Positions 63,214 to 64,000 of a stretch of 64,000 nucleotides of DNA are shown here, one piece after another. Within the stretch, counting starts at the first letter, position 1. Every line of letters starts with the position of its first letter. The stretch lies in contig NC_092677.1 of NCBI RefSeq assembly GCF_964355755.1, positions 26,399,175 through 26,463,174 on the forward strand, in the 5' to 3' direction. The DNA comes from Antedon mediterranea (lineage: Eukaryota > Animalia > Echinodermata). The position numbers and the translations under genes are program-made. The notes below the pieces were generated by a model. That model saw only the letters and a program-made list of their open reading frames with translations. It made no database searches and was not told the DNA's origin.

Positions 63214-64000
63214 CTGAAAACACCAGACAGAAGTCTGAGCACTGTGTTTAAATTAAAATGTGTAGTTAAATTATGGTCATATGTAAATTTGTTACGCTTT
63301 TGTTTTCTTCAGTGCTGAATAACTGGCACACTTCAAAGTAAACAATATTACTTTATTGATATTTTACATATTTGACATTAAGATGAAATTTAGGGAACAT
63401 ACAAATAATGTATTTTAAATGTACCAAAGAACGTCTGAACCTCTATCATTTTATATCAAAGTATTTAGGTGGGGCGGATCCAGGGGTAGCGATTGCTTTG
63501 CGCTACCATTTTTGAAAGCCAAATTTAGATACGACAAAAAAATTAACACGCCTCCGTACAATGCTCCCCCCCCCCCCTCCTACCCTACTTAAAATCAAAG
63601 ATACACCCCTGACCCCACACTTTAAAAATCGTCTCCGCGCCGCTGGTAATTATAAGCAAACCTACAAATATCAACATTAATTGTATATGTTTTTTTATCA
63701 TTGTATATGAATAATATGATGGTTTGGACTCCAGTTTTTTTAATCATTGTATCAGAACTTAGCATACGTACAGGCAATAACAATTTCCAATAATGATGTT
63801 TTTTTTTTAATCTGGACTCCTTTTTAGGTATGTGAAATTCACCCTTCGAGTCAAGATATCCTGTAACTTCTTGGGTTATCTTTGTTTCCAGCTAAACTAT
63901 AGAATTGAGTAATTATAAAAGGTTGTTACACGTTTAGGCCTAATTACGGACAATTAAAGTGATCAATGTAGGCCTAATGCAAGATTTTTCAATTGCCGCA

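Overview
This is AT-rich, intron-containing animal genomic DNA, not prokaryotic. The repeat content (Nin/Deu-type SINEs, Helitron/Helentron elements, Academ, RTE/CR1 LINE fragments, many TAGGCCTA motifs) suggests a marine invertebrate, possibly an echinoderm; that is inference. The left ~47 kb is a tandemly duplicated, birth-and-death cluster built around an unrecognised ~85-aa domain ('X': VDCGxEITLxDVQxL...DFxDATKRLxCETPxxVLKDAEIxI...YSLxAGxKxNxFxVxRxxDGSIK), always encoded by one phase-0 exon. Gene B (10662-19680, 9 coding exons, 909 aa by my splice model) reads DED-DED / two TRADD-N-like domains / Ser-rich linker / five X repeats / Trp-rich amphipathic tail. It is flanked by the 3' end of paralog A (1942-2825), a headless X cassette C (25554-29277), a stand-alone single-X gene E (34628-35297) and a single-X pseudogene F (41297-39973, minus). 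Gene D (minus, head-to-head with E) ends in a CaaX motif and has a pseudogene paralog at ~46.5-47 kb. B, E and F share a homologous promoter and first exon (CRE/ETS-like motif in all three, kB-like site in B and E). The right ~15 kb is mostly nested tandem duplications and transposon remnants, with a probable decayed DED gene near 63 kb. All gene models and domain calls were made by eye, with no searches run.
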